NCBI RefSeq assembly: GCF_902713615.1
Contig: NC_052164.1
Location: forward strand, 105,352,989-105,416,988
DNA from: Scyliorhinus canicula
Lineage: Eukaryota
Direction: 5' to 3'
Length of the DNA: 64,000 nucleotides
Each line of letters opens with the position of its first letter. Within the stretch, counting starts at the first letter, position 1. The notes under the pieces were generated by a model. It saw nothing but the letters and a program-made list of their open reading frames with translations, was not told the DNA's origin and made no database searches. Shown here one piece after another: positions 48,101 through 58,022 of the stretch. The position numbers and the translations under genes were made by a program.

Positions 48101-51100
48101 GTCCACCTGCCCCTGCCTTTAGTTTAATAATGCAAGCTCCTCCCCCACAATTCCCTCTGCAGTGACTCAGCTTCAAACTGGCACAATTCTGCCGATGTGG
48201 ATAAGAGACGGCGGGAAAACCCATCACCTTCACACCCTAGCTACTGCTCATGGTGATTACAAAGCCATCCCACGAGTTTAAGCTATTATGCTGCACACAG
48301 GAATTGCCTGAAGGTACAGTGCTCCATCCATACAAACATGTTCCAGTATAGAAATGATGTCTTAACCTTTGAGGAAATCAAAGGATTTTGATTTTTGTCC
48401 CCCCACAAAAAACAGCACGATGCAGAATTCAATACAGATATAGATTCAGATTGCTGGGAATCTTTCAGAAACAAGAAGTTAGCAACTTACCTGACTCTTT
48501 CTTGTTCCAACTCGGATGATTCTAGAAGAATTCTCACCATGAGCAGCAGAGTTCTAGAAGGGATGTTTCAGAAATGACAAACTTACCGACAACCAAAATG
48601 ATTCAATACCTACGGGTGTGCATTGAAGAGTGTGCAGGTACAATGTGGATCATTATAGAGCGGCCACACAATATCAAAAACATCAACATTGAAGGACAGG
48701 CGCTGATCAAACTGAATGTGGAACTCAAATGCATTTCTAAATGTTGGATTCATTTGGGAAGTAATTTGACAACACACAATGTCAGGTCACAGGTTACACA
48801 GAATTCAGTCAACTTCAAAATGAAAATATTTGTGCTGGAGGAATTGTACGTTTGTAGCGGTGATATGCCTGCGATTAGAGGTCAATTTCTCTCCCCTTTT
48901 CCATATGGAGAAAATGAATGAAAAATGAATGAAATTAAAATTGCTTATTGTCACGAGTAGGCTTCAATGAAGTTACTGTGAAAAGCCCCTAGTCACCACA
49001 TTCCGGCGCCTGTTGGGGAGGCTGGTACGGGAATCGAACCATGCTGCTGGCCTGCTTGGTTGGCTTTAAAAGCCAGCGATTTAGCCCAGTGTGCTAAACC
49101 AGCCCATATCTTGTGTCCTGTGCTGTTCCACACTGACCAGCTTAAATATTCAGAACAACAATCTCAATATTTTGTTTAATTCTCCACATATTATTTCAAC
49201 TCCTCGGCGATTCCGCTGTTTAATATTGGGGCTAAATGCAATGAGGTTCCAGAGGACAAGATCCCACTCACATTTGTAACAAAGCCAAGTCAGTCTTTGG
49301 AGTAAAATTCATATTCAAAAATCTTGCAACATTGCAGTAAGTTATCATCAAGCTGATATGTGATACAGGGTATGATCATGTTACCAATCTGTGTAGCTAA
49401 AACCACCATTCTCCCTGTTGTACAGATTATCTTTACTGACTTTCTACCAGGAAATTGTCAATGCAGTAAATGCCTCTCCAAGATTAGTGGAGTCGAGAGA
49501 TACCACGTGTACACCACCTAGCTCATCTTCCATAGAAACACGTTGCTTCCTCACCATCGACAGTATCACACTATTGCTTGAGCAACTAACTACACTGCCC
49601 AGAGTCACTCTAGCTATTTATCCCTGTGCAAAGTTCTTTCCTGACTTTTCCTGAAATTGCTGAGTGACAGTTTGAAATGGTTAGCACTCTCTGCTATGAG
49701 CCAGAGCCCCCCCCACCACCGACAGACTGAAGCACACTACCCACGCTGGAGCCTTAACGTAATGTTGAGTTACTGAAATCACCACCAAAGGTCTTTCAGA
49801 TCAAACATTAAACAGAGACTCTCCTTGCTCGGCAACAAATTTAAGATCACACACCCATATGGAGAAGGGGAGAGAGATTTTCCTCTCATTCTGCCCAATA
49901 TTCATCCTTTCACTCAGATCACATCAACGGCATATTCATCCCAATTTCCAGCTGTGACATCTAACTGTGTACAAATTGTCGGTAATATTTGACTATAAAA
50001 TAACCAAATCCAAAACTAACCCACTGGTTATATCTCAAGACCATTTGCAGCATGGGCGGCGGCCATTCACCATGACAAACTCTCCCATTGTGCAGCTCTC
50101 TCTGCTTTTAGCCTCCCATTTTCCTCTTTCAAATGCTTATCTTATTAAAAGTTGCTTCAGCCAGTTCCTGCAGCAAAGAACTTTACACTGCTTCTCTCTG
50201 CAAGATGGGGATTACTCCCAAATTATTGCCTCACGAGGTTCAAACTGCTTCTAACTCATTGCTGAATCATCTCCAGCCAGGCAAAATAATTTTTCCCTAA
50301 CAAAATTTCTCTTTCAGCCTCTCTGCTCCAATAGAGATAACTTATTATTTCCATCCTTGGTATAATTCCCTGGGTCTGTGTTGTAGATTCTCTGGGACTT
50401 TCATATTCTTTCTATTATTTGGTACCGAAACAGGACAGAGTATAAATGCACATTTGTTCTGTTCCCTATGGTTTCAACAGTAGCTTTTACTATCTTTTCA
50501 TCCTCTGTTCAGTCTGCTACTGTATATGTCTATTTATAAAACTCAATATTACTGCCCTTTTTATCAGTGTCTACTTGCAAACAACTAAATACTTGTACCC
50601 CTCACCATCCGCCCATTGAACCTAAACTCATTCTTTCAAAGATGTGCATCAACGACTTTGTGAAATTAGCTTATGCTGCCTTGGTAGTAAAATTAATTGT
50701 GAATCTCCCTTGAATATTCAATATTTGTTTATAACAATTATCTGCAAATTTTTAGTGCAGAAAATATGAAACAGAATGTGACAAAAACTGCAGCAGCATC
50801 ACAGATTAAATACAAGCTGCTTACATTCTGTTCAACACAGTTCCAACCTCCAAATGATAAATACACACACTATTCCGTTCCTGCTACAAAGCTCACCCAA
50901 TCGTTCGCCAACATCGTGAAATCCTTTCTTTCCCCAAACTGTGCACCGAGGGACCAACTTTCAGAATGTGGAGAAAAACCTCATGCATTTATTCTTATGC
51001 CTCCTCCACCACCCTCACATTGTGACGTAAACCATTTTCAACTGCAATGTGGTTCAAAAGATAACAAGGTACGAGGCAGTCAACCTGACGGGGTGACAAT

Positions 51101-51315
51101 AGCAGAGCTGCAGCTAAAGGAGATAGGAATGGGGGAAGAGGGTGTGTTTAACTCTGCCATTCTAAAGCTGAGCACAGAGTGAGTCGAGTGAGTCGAGTGA
51201 GTCAAGCGAGTGCCCCCCCCCCCCCCCCCACAGCCCCAACCCACACTCCCAGACCCCCCCAACCTCACACACGCCGGGCAACGACTTTGGGCGACCTGGA
51301 AAGAGGCATTAATTG

Positions 51316-51355
<40 letters not shown>

Positions 51356-54300
51356 CGGGGATAGAGGGGGGTCGGGGATAGAGGGGAGGGGGGGGGGGGG
51401 TCGGGGATAGAGGGGGGTCGGGGATAGAGGGGAGGGGGGTCGGGGATAGAGGGGGGGGGTCGGGGATAGAGGGGGGGGGTCGGGGATAGAGGGGGGGGGT
51501 CGGGGATAGAGGGGGGGGGTCGGGGATAGAGGGGGGGGGGTCGGGGATAGAGGGGGGGGTCGGGGATAGAGGGGAGGGGTCGGGGAGAGAGGGGGGGGGT
51601 CGGGGAGAGAGGGGGGGGGTCGGGGAGAGAGGGGGGGGGTCGGGGAGAGAGGGGGGGGGTCGGGGAGAGAGGGAGTGGGTCGGGGAGAGAGGGAGTGGGT
51701 CGGGGAGAGAGGGAGTGGGTCGGGGAGAGAGGGGGGGTCGGGGAGAGAGGGGGGGTCGGGGATAGTGGGGGGGTCGGGGATAGTGGGGGGGTCGGGGATA
51801 GAGGGGGGGTCGGGGATAGAGGGGGGGTCGGGGATAGAGGGGGGGTCGGGGATAGAGGGGGGGTCGGGGATAGAGGGGGGGTCGGGGATAGAGGGGGGGT
51901 CGGGGATAGAGGGGGGGTCGGGGATAGAGGGGGGGTCGGGGATAGAGGGGGGGTCGGGGATAGTGGGGGGGTCGGGGATAGAGGGGGGGTCGGGGATAGA
52001 GGGGGGGTCGGGGATAGAGGGGGGGTCGGGGATAGAGGGGGGGGTCGGGGATAGAGGGGGGGTCGGGGATAGAGGGGGGGTCGGGGATAGAGGGGGGGTC
52101 GGGGATAGAGGGGGGGGGTCGGGGATAGAGGGGGGGGTCGGGGATAGAGGGGGGGGTCGGGATAGACGGGGGGGGGGGTCGGGGATAGACGGGGGGGTCG
52201 GGGATAGACGGGGGGGGTCGGGGATAGACGGGGGGGGGTCGGGGATAGACGGGGGGGGTCGGGATAGATTGGGGGGGGGGTCGGGGATAGACGGGGGGGG
52301 GTCGGGGATAGACGGGGGGGGGGTCGGGGATAGACGGGGGGGGGGTCGGGGATAGACGGGGGGGGGTCGGGGATAGACGGGGGGGGGGTCGGGGATTGAC
52401 GGGGGGGGGGTCAGGGATAGACGGGGGGGGGGTCGGGGATAGACGGGGGGGGTCGGGGATAGACGGGGGGGGGTCGGGGATAGACGGGGGGGTCGGGGAT
52501 AGACGGGGGGGGTCGGGGATAGACGGGGGGGGTCGGGGATAGACGGGGGGGTCGGGGATAGACGGGGGGGTCGGGGATAGACGGGGGGGTCGGGGATAGA
52601 CGGGGGGGTCGGGGATAGACGGGGGGGTCGGGGATAGACGGGGGGGTCGGGGATAGACGGGGGGGGTCGGGGATAGACGGGGGGGGGTCGGGGATAGACG
52701 GGGGGGGTCGGGGATAGACGGGGGGGGGGTCGGGGATAGACGGGGGGGGGGGTCGGGGATAGACGGGGGGGGGGTCGGGGATAGACGGGGGGGGGGCGGG
52801 GATAGACGGGGGGGGGGGGGCCGGGGATAGACGGGGGGGGGGGGGGGGGGCCGGGGATAGACGGGGGGGTCGGGGATAGACGGGGGGGGGGGGGTCGGGG
52901 ATAGACGGGGGGGGGGGGTCTGGGAAAGACGGGGGGGGTCGGGGATAGACGGGGGGGGGGGGTCTGGGAAAGACGGGGGGGGTCGGGGATAGACGGGGGG
53001 GGTCGGGGATAGACGGGGGGGGGTCGGGGATAGACGGGGGGGGGTCGGGGATAGACGGGGGGGGGTCGGGGATAGACGGGGGGGAGTCGGGGATAGACGG
53101 GGGGGAGTCGGGGATAGACGGGGGGGAGTCGGGGATAGACGGGGGGGAGTCGGGGATAGACGGGGGGGGTCGGGGATAGACGGGGGGGGGGGGGTCGGGG
53201 ATAGACGGGGGGGGTCGGGGATAGACGGGGGGGGTCGGGGATAGACGGGGGGGGTCGGGGATAGACGGGGGGGGTCGGGGATAGACGGGGGGGGGTCGGG
53301 GATAGAGGGGGGAAATCGGGTGAGGGGGTTGGGGTTAGAAAGTCAGGATATGGAGGGGTTGGGGGTCAGGATTAGGGGGTCCGGGAGTGGGGGCCAGGGG
53401 GTTGGGGCCAGGGGGAGGGGGTGGTGGTATTTCAGGGTCAGAGGTATGAGGGGCTTTAAACTAAATGGAGGGGGCAAGTGTTCAGTTGTATGGAAAATTT
53501 AAAAATCAAAATTTAAGGAGGTGGGAATGCAGGATAATAAGGGCAGCGCTATGAAGCAGTGGGTTAGCACTGCTGCCTCACGGAATGGAGGGAGGAAGAC
53601 AGGAAATTATAGGCCAGTTAGCCTGACTTTGGGTCATTGGTAAGATTTTAGAATCCATTATTAAAGATGATATCACGGAGTTCATGATAGTGCATGATGA
53701 AATAGGACTGAGTCAACACGGCTATGTCAAAGGGAGGTCGTGTCTGACAAATCTGTTATTTTGAGGAAGTAACAAGGAAGTTAGACAAAGGAGAACTAGT
53801 GGACGTGATTTATTTAGATTTCCAGAAGGTCTTTGACACGGTGCCACATAGAAGGCTGTTAAATAGGTTAAGAGCCGATGGTGTTCAAGGTACGATCCTG
53901 GCATGGATAGAGGATTGGCTGACTGGCAGAGAGTGGATGGAAAGGGGTCGGTGCTGGGACCATAACGGGGGGGGGGGGGGGGGGAGGGGGTTTGGTGGAG
54001 GGTAAGAGGGCATTTGGGAGGGGTGAGGGGGGTTGGGGGTTGAGGGGGGGGTGGGGGGGGTTGAGGGTGGGGGGGGTTGAGGGGGGGTGGGGGGGGGGTT
54101 GAGGGGGGTGGGGGGGGTTGAGGGGGGGTGGGGGGGTTGAGGGGGGGTGGGGTGTTGAGGGGTTGAGGGGGGTGGGGGGGTTGAGGGGGGGTGGGGGGGT
54201 TGAGGGGGGGGGGGGGGGTTGAGGGGGGGAGGGGTTGAGGGGGGGGTGGGGGGGTGTGGGTTTTGGGGGTGGGGTGGGGGGGTTGAGGGGGGGTGGGGGG

Positions 54301-54921
54301 GTTGAGGGGGGGTGGGGGGGGGTTGAGGGGGGGTGGGGGGGTTGAGGGGGGGTGGGGGGGTTGAGGGGGGGTGGGGGGGTTGAGGGGTTGAGGGGGGGTG
54401 GGGGGGTTGAGGGGGGGTGGGGGGGTTGAGGGGGGGTGGGGGGATTGAGGGGGGGTGGGGGGGTTGAGGGGGGGGTTGAGGGGGGGTGGGGGGGTTGAGG
54501 GGGGGGGTGGGGGGTTGAGGGGGGGTTGAGGGGGGGTGGGGGGGTTGAGGGGGGGGTGGGGGGGTTGAGGGGGGGGGGTTGAGGGGGGGGTGGGGGGGTT
54601 GAGGGGGGGGTGGGGGGGTTGAGGGGGGGGTGGGGGGGTTGAGGGGGGGAGGGGTTGAGGGGGGGGTGGGGGTTTGGGGGGGGTGGGGGGTGAGGGTTTT
54701 GGGGGGGGTGGGGGGGTTGAGGGGGGGTGGGGGGGTTGAGGGGGGGTGGGGGGGTTGAGGGGGGGTGGGGGGGTTGGGGGGGGTGGGGGTGGTTGGGGGG
54801 GGGTGGGGGGGTTGGGGGGTGGGGGTTTTGGGGGGGGTGGGGGTTTGGGGGGGGGGGGTGGGGGTTTGGGGGGGGGGGGGTTGTTGCCGCGCTCTGTCTC
54901 TCTTACCCGCTGTCCAGACAT
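23964..54921 (-). CDS. HMBS: Hydroxymethylbilane synthase (porphobilinogen deaminase), 357 aa, 14 coding exons
   Basis: complement(join(23964..24134,29020..29106,29196..29249,31242..31361,33432..33470,34268..34381,38336..38411,38553..38630,39855..39932,41968..42023,43329..43378,46567..46639,48491..48553,54907..54921)), 1074 nt with no internal stop. Motifs: [61 protein letters not shown] (cofactor-binding Cys). Exon breakpoints match the human gene as I recall it. Confidence 0.97.
24478..27630. repeat. 27/28-bp GC-rich minisatellite (GTGTCACAGCGGGATCCCAGAGACGGCC), ~3.15 kb
   Basis: Directly visible; lies in the last HMBS intron. Confidence 0.97.
28009..28458. repeat. 40/41-bp minisatellite (TTGCTTCATTCAGGGAATGCAATGGCCACCTGGCAGCCTTG), ~11 copies
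   Basis: Directly visible in the sequence. Confidence 0.97.
28577..28890 (-). mobile_element. tRNA-derived SINE
   Basis: Family head and tail present. Confidence 0.8.
29020..29106 (-). CDS. HMBS: HMBS coding exon 13 ([29 protein letters not shown])
   Basis: tgtag|...CAG|gtacat, 87 nt. Confidence 0.93.
29196..29249 (-). CDS. HMBS: HMBS coding exon 12 ([18 protein letters not shown])
   Basis: tctag|...CAG|gtaatg, 54 nt; dipyrromethane-binding Cys. Confidence 0.96.
31242..31361 (-). CDS. HMBS: HMBS coding exon 11 (GALGVEVR...[11 protein letters not shown])
   Basis: ttcag|...CTG|gtacaa, 120 nt. Confidence 0.95.
31456..32067. mobile_element. Tc1/mariner (Tigger/pogo-like) MITE with an internal long hairpin
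   Basis: TIR CAGTAGTCCCCCGTTATA.CGCG, TA duplicated on both sides. Confidence 0.88.
32108..33098 (+). mobile_element. L1 5' UTR plus ORF1 (frameshifted), ending at the ORF1 stop
   Basis: Homologous to 1903-908; ends [12 protein letters not shown], then a SINE tail runs to ~33175. Confidence 0.88.
33432..33470 (-). CDS. HMBS: HMBS coding exon 10 ([13 protein letters not shown])
   Basis: tgcag|...CAG|gtaaag, 39 nt. Confidence 0.95.
34268..34381 (-). CDS. HMBS: HMBS coding exon 9 ([38 protein letters not shown])
   Basis: cacag|...CAG|gtatgg, 114 nt. Confidence 0.96.
34506..35987. mobile_element. MITE-like element with 13-bp TIRs, containing an expanded minisatellite
   Basis: GGGCGCGATTCTC (34506-34518) and GAGAATCGCGCCC (35975-35987). 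Confidence 0.7.
34635..35728. repeat. CpG-rich minisatellite GACCCGCGCA(CGCGCA)GTGGCGACACGCT (23/29 bp)
   Basis: Directly visible in the sequence. Confidence 0.97.
36393..36662 (+). mobile_element. Second Penelope-like remnant with a degenerate hammerhead (36576-36620)
   Basis: Same family as 14539-14773. The core reads CCGAGGA (U4->C). The inverted end lies at 36393-36439. Confidence 0.6.
37017..37240 (+). mobile_element. SINE with 15-bp TSD inserted in a minus-strand CR1 3' end (36835-37505)
   Basis: AAGAATATTCAAAGA at 37002-37016 and 37241-37255. Confidence 0.88.
38336..38411 (-). CDS. HMBS: HMBS coding exon 8 ([25 protein letters not shown])
   Basis: ttccag|...ATT|gtatcctttt, 76 nt. 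Confidence 0.96.
38553..38630 (-). CDS. HMBS: HMBS coding exon 7 ([26 protein letters not shown])
   Basis: tacag|...AG|gtaagg, 78 nt. Confidence 0.95.
38815..39475 (+). mobile_element. Young CR1 3' fragment with (TTCTATG)n tail
   Basis: Open reading frame [35 protein letters not shown]. Confidence 0.93.
39551..39772. repeat. 69-bp satellite unit, ~3 copies
   Basis: GGGTTAGATACAGAGTAAAGCTCCCTCTACACTGTCCCCATCAAACACTCCCAGGACAGGTACAGCACG. Confidence 0.92.
39855..39932 (-). CDS. HMBS: HMBS coding exon 6 ([26 protein letters not shown])
   Basis: tgcag|...AA|gtgagt, 78 nt; contains the catalytic Asp motif. Confidence 0.96.
40412..41620. repeat. 23-bp CpG-rich minisatellite (GCCCCGCCCGACGCTGCCCCGGA), ~52 copies
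   Basis: Directly visible; begins at the truncated head of a minus-strand SINE (40258-40411). Confidence 0.97.
41680..41900 (+). mobile_element. tRNA-derived SINE
   Basis: Family head and tail present. Confidence 0.82.
41968..42023 (-). CDS. HMBS: HMBS coding exon 5 ([19 protein letters not shown])
   Basis: ttag|...GA|gtatgg, 56 nt. Confidence 0.95.
42638..43212. repeat. 69-bp satellite unit, ~8 copies
   Basis: Same unit as 39551-39772. Confidence 0.95.
43329..43378 (-). CDS. HMBS: HMBS coding exon 4 ([16 protein letters not shown])
   Basis: cacag|...AAG|gtaccc, 50 nt. Confidence 0.95.
43598..45435. repeat. ~20-bp C-rich minisatellite (CCGCACAACCCTCCCCCTCT)
   Basis: Directly visible in the sequence. 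Confidence 0.95.
46567..46639 (-). CDS. HMBS: HMBS coding exon 3 ([24 protein letters not shown])
   Basis: cacag|...G|gtaagt, 73 nt. Confidence 0.95.
47305..47607 (-). mobile_element. tRNA-derived SINE inside a decayed minus-strand CR1 (47090-47925)
   Basis: Family head and tail present; CR1 peptide [13 protein letters not shown]. Confidence 0.8.
48491..48553 (-). CDS. HMBS: HMBS coding exon 2 ([21 protein letters not shown])
   Basis: cttctag|...CAG|gtaagt. Confidence 0.92.
51318..53312. repeat. G-rich minisatellite (GGGGGGGTCGGGGATAGAC/G), ~2 kb
   Basis: Directly visible in the sequence. Confidence 0.95.
53590..53930 (+). mobile_element. CR1 RT fragment
   Basis: [20 protein letters not shown]. 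Confidence 0.85.
54020..54880. repeat. G-rich repeat (GGGGGGTTGAGGGGGGGT)
   Basis: Directly visible in the sequence. Confidence 0.93.
54907..54921 (-). CDS. HMBS: HMBS exon 1 coding part (MSGQR)
   Basis: cagcaacATGTCTGGACAGCGG|gtaaga inside a CpG island; MSG start as in vertebrate housekeeping HMBS; phase 0. Confidence 0.8.
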
Positions 54922-55195
54922 GTTGCTGCGGGAAGGCCTCCGAGCGGGAACGGAGGGGCCGCTCTCTCTGCTATCGGTCTGATCCGGGGGCCGCCATCTT
55001 CCCAGAGGGCCCTGCGGCAGGCGGGCCGCGCATGCGCCGCCGAGGGGCGGGGCCAGATAGTCAGTCAACCTTTGGCCCCGCCCCTCCACTTCCGGCCCCG
55101 CCCCTCCACTTCCGGCCCGCCCACCCGGAGGACGGACGGAAACCGGGAGGCAAACAACAAGAAAATGTGATTGAGGGGCAGCGCGGAGCCCGGGA
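54922..55195 (-). promoter_or_regulatory. HMBS: HMBS housekeeping CpG-island promoter and 5' UTR
   Basis: YY1 motif AAGATGGCGGC (55000-54990); NRF1 palindrome GCGCATGCGC (55028-55037); GC boxes; duplicated GGCCCCGCCCCTCCACTTCC module (Sp1 plus ETS CCGGAAGT) at ~55074-55116; no TATA box seen. Confidence 0.8.
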
Positions 55196-58022
55196 GGGGG
55201 AGGGGCACTGGGAGTGGGGGGGGGGAGGGGCACTGGGAGTGGGGGGGGGGAGGGGCACTGGGAGTGGGGGGGGGAGGGGCACTGGGAGTGGGGGGGGAGG
55301 GGCACTGGGAGTGGGGGGGGAGGGGCGCTGGGAGTGGGGGGGGAGGGGCGCTGGGAGTGGGGGGGAGGGGCGCTGGGAGGGGGGGGGAGGGGCGCTGGGA
55401 GTGGGGGGGAGGGGCGCTGGGAGTGGGGGGGAGGGGCGCTGGGAGTGGGGGGGAGGGGCGCTGGGAGTGGGGGGGAGGGGCGCTGGGAGTGGGGGGGAGG
55501 GGCACTGGGAGTGGGGGGAGGGGCACTGGAGTGGGGGGGCAATGGGAGTGGGGGGGGCAATGGGAGTGGGGGGAGGGGCAATGGGAGTTGGGGGGAGGGG
55601 CGCTGGGAGTTGGGGGGGAGGGGCGCTGGGAGTTGGGGGGAGGGGCACTGGGAGTTGGGGAGGGGCACTGGGAGTTGGGGGGGAGGGGCACTGGGAGTTG
55701 GGGGGCACTGGGAGTTGGGGGGAGGGGCACCTGGAGTGGGGGGGGGCACTGGGAGTGGGGGGGAGGGGCACTGGGAGTGGGGGGGGAGGGGCACTGGGAG
55801 TTGGGGGGGAGGGGCACTGGGAGTTGGGGGGAGGGGCACTGGGAGTTGGGGGGAGGGGCACTGGGAGTTGGCGGGGAGGGGCACTGGGAGTTGGGGGGGA
55901 GGGGCACTGGGAGTTGGGGGGGAGGGGCACTGGGAGTTGGGGGGGAGGGGCACTGGGAGTTGGGGGGGGAGGGGCACTGGGAGTGGGGGGGAGGGGCACT
56001 GGGAGTGGGGGGGAGGGGCACTGGGAGTGGGGGGGAGGGGCACTGGAGCGGGGGGGGCAATGGGAGTTGGGGGAGGGGTGCTGGGAGTTGGGGGGGAGGG
56101 GCGCTGGGAGTTGGGGGGGAGGGGCGCTGGGAGTTGGGGGGGAGGGGCGCTGGGAGTTGGGGGAGGGGCACTGGGAGTTGGGGGGGAGGGGCACTGGGAG
56201 TTGGGGGGCACTGGGAGTTGGGGGGAGGAGCACCTGGAGTGGGGGGGGGGGCACTGGGAGTTGGGGGGGGCACTGGGAGTTGGGGGGGAGGGGCACTGGG
56301 AGTGGGGGGGGAGGGGCACTGGGAGTGGGGGGGGAGGGGCACTGGGAGTTGGGGGGGAGGGGCACTGGGAGTTGGGGGGGGAGGGGCACTGGGAGTTGGG
56401 GGGGGGGGGGCACTGGGAGTTGGGGGGGAGAGCACTGGGAGTTGGGAGGGGCAATGGGAGTGGGGGAGGGGCAATGGGAGTGGGGGAGGGGCAATGGGAG
56501 TTGGGGGGGCACTGAGTGGGGGGAGGGGCGCTGGGTGTGGGGGGAGGGGCACTGGGAGTTGGGGGGGAGGGGCACTGGGAGTGGGGGGGAGGGGCACTGG
56601 AGTGGGGGGGGCAATGGGAGTTGGGGGAGGGGTGCTGGGAGTTGGGGGGGAGGGGCGCTGGGAGTTGGGGGGGAGGGGCGCTGGGAGTTGGGGGGGAGGG
56701 GCGCTGGGAGTTGGGGGAGGGGCACTGGGAGTTGGGGGGGGGGGGCACTGGGAGTTGGGGGGCACTGGGAGTTGGGGGGAGGAGCACCTGGAGTGGGGGG
56801 GGGGCACTGGGAGTTGGGGGGGGCACTGGGAGTTGGGGGGGAGGGGCACTGGGAGTGGGGGGGGAGGGGCACTGGGAGTGGGGGGGGAGGGGCACTGGGA
56901 GTTGGGGGGGAGGGGCACTGGGAGTTGGGGGGGGAGGGGCACTGGGAGTTGGGGGGGGAGGGGCACTGGGAGTTGGGGGGGAGAGCACTGGGAGTTGGGA
57001 GGGGCAATGGGAGTGGGGGAGGGGCAATGGGAGTGGGGGAGGGGCAATGGGAGTTGGGGGGGCACTGAGTGGGGGGAGGGGCGCTGGGTGTGGGGGGAGG
57101 GGCACTGGGAGTTGGGGGGGAGGGGCACTGGGAGTTGGGGTGGGAGGGGCACTGGGAGTTGGGAGGGGAGGGGCACTGGGAGTTGGGGGGAGGGGCACTG
57201 GGAGTTGGGGGGAGGGGCAATGGGAGTGGGGGAGGGGCAATGGGAGTTGGGGCCACTGTGAGTGGGGGGAGGGGCGCTGGGTGTGGGGGGGAGGGGCACT
57301 GGGAGTGGGGGGGATGGGGCACTGGGAGTGGGGGGGAGGGGCTCTGGGAGTTGGTGGGAGGGGCAATGGGAGTGGGGGGGAGGGGCAATGGGAGTGGGGG
57401 GAGGGGCACTGGGAGCGGGGGAGGGGCACTGGGAGCGGGGGAGGGGCACTGGGAGTGGGGGGAGGGGCACTGGGAGTGGGGGGGAGGGGCACTGGGAGTG
57501 GGGGGGAGGGGCACTGGGAGTGGGGGGAGGGGCACTGGGAGTGGGGGGAGGGGCACTGGGAGCGGGGGGAGGGGCACTGGGAGAGGGGGAGGGGCACTGG
57601 GAGTGGGAGGGGCGGGCAATGTGAGTGGGGGAGGGGCAATGGGAGTGGTGGGAGGGGCACTGGGAGTGGGGGAGGGGCAATGGGAGTGGGGGGAGGGGCA
57701 CTGGGAGTGGGGGAGGGGCAGTGGGAGTGGGGGAGGGGCAATGGGAGTGGGGGGAGGGGCACTGGGAGTGGGGGAGGGGCAGTGGGAGTGGGGGGAGGGG
57801 CAATGGGAGTGGGGGGAGGGGCACTGGGAGTGGGGGAGGGGCAGTGGGAGTGGGGGGAGGGGCAATGGGAGTGGGGTGAGGGGCACTGGGAGTGGGGGGG
57901 AGGGGCACTGGGAGTGGGGGGGAGGGGCACTGGGAGTGGGGGAGGGGCAATGGGAGTGGGGGGAGGGGCACTGGGAGTGGGGGGGAGGGGGTTGGGGCAC
58001 TGGGAGTGGGGTTGGGGCACTG
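55196..58022. repeat. G-rich minisatellite (GGGGAGGGGCACTGGGAGT(T)GGG), ~2.8 kb
   Basis: Directly visible in the sequence. Confidence 0.95.

Noticed and set aside
48554-48590. Consensus donor GTAAGT 33 nt upstream of the HMBS coding exon 2 acceptor
   Set aside because: The implied 33-nt intron is too short for normal vertebrate splicing, so I did not call an alternative exon.
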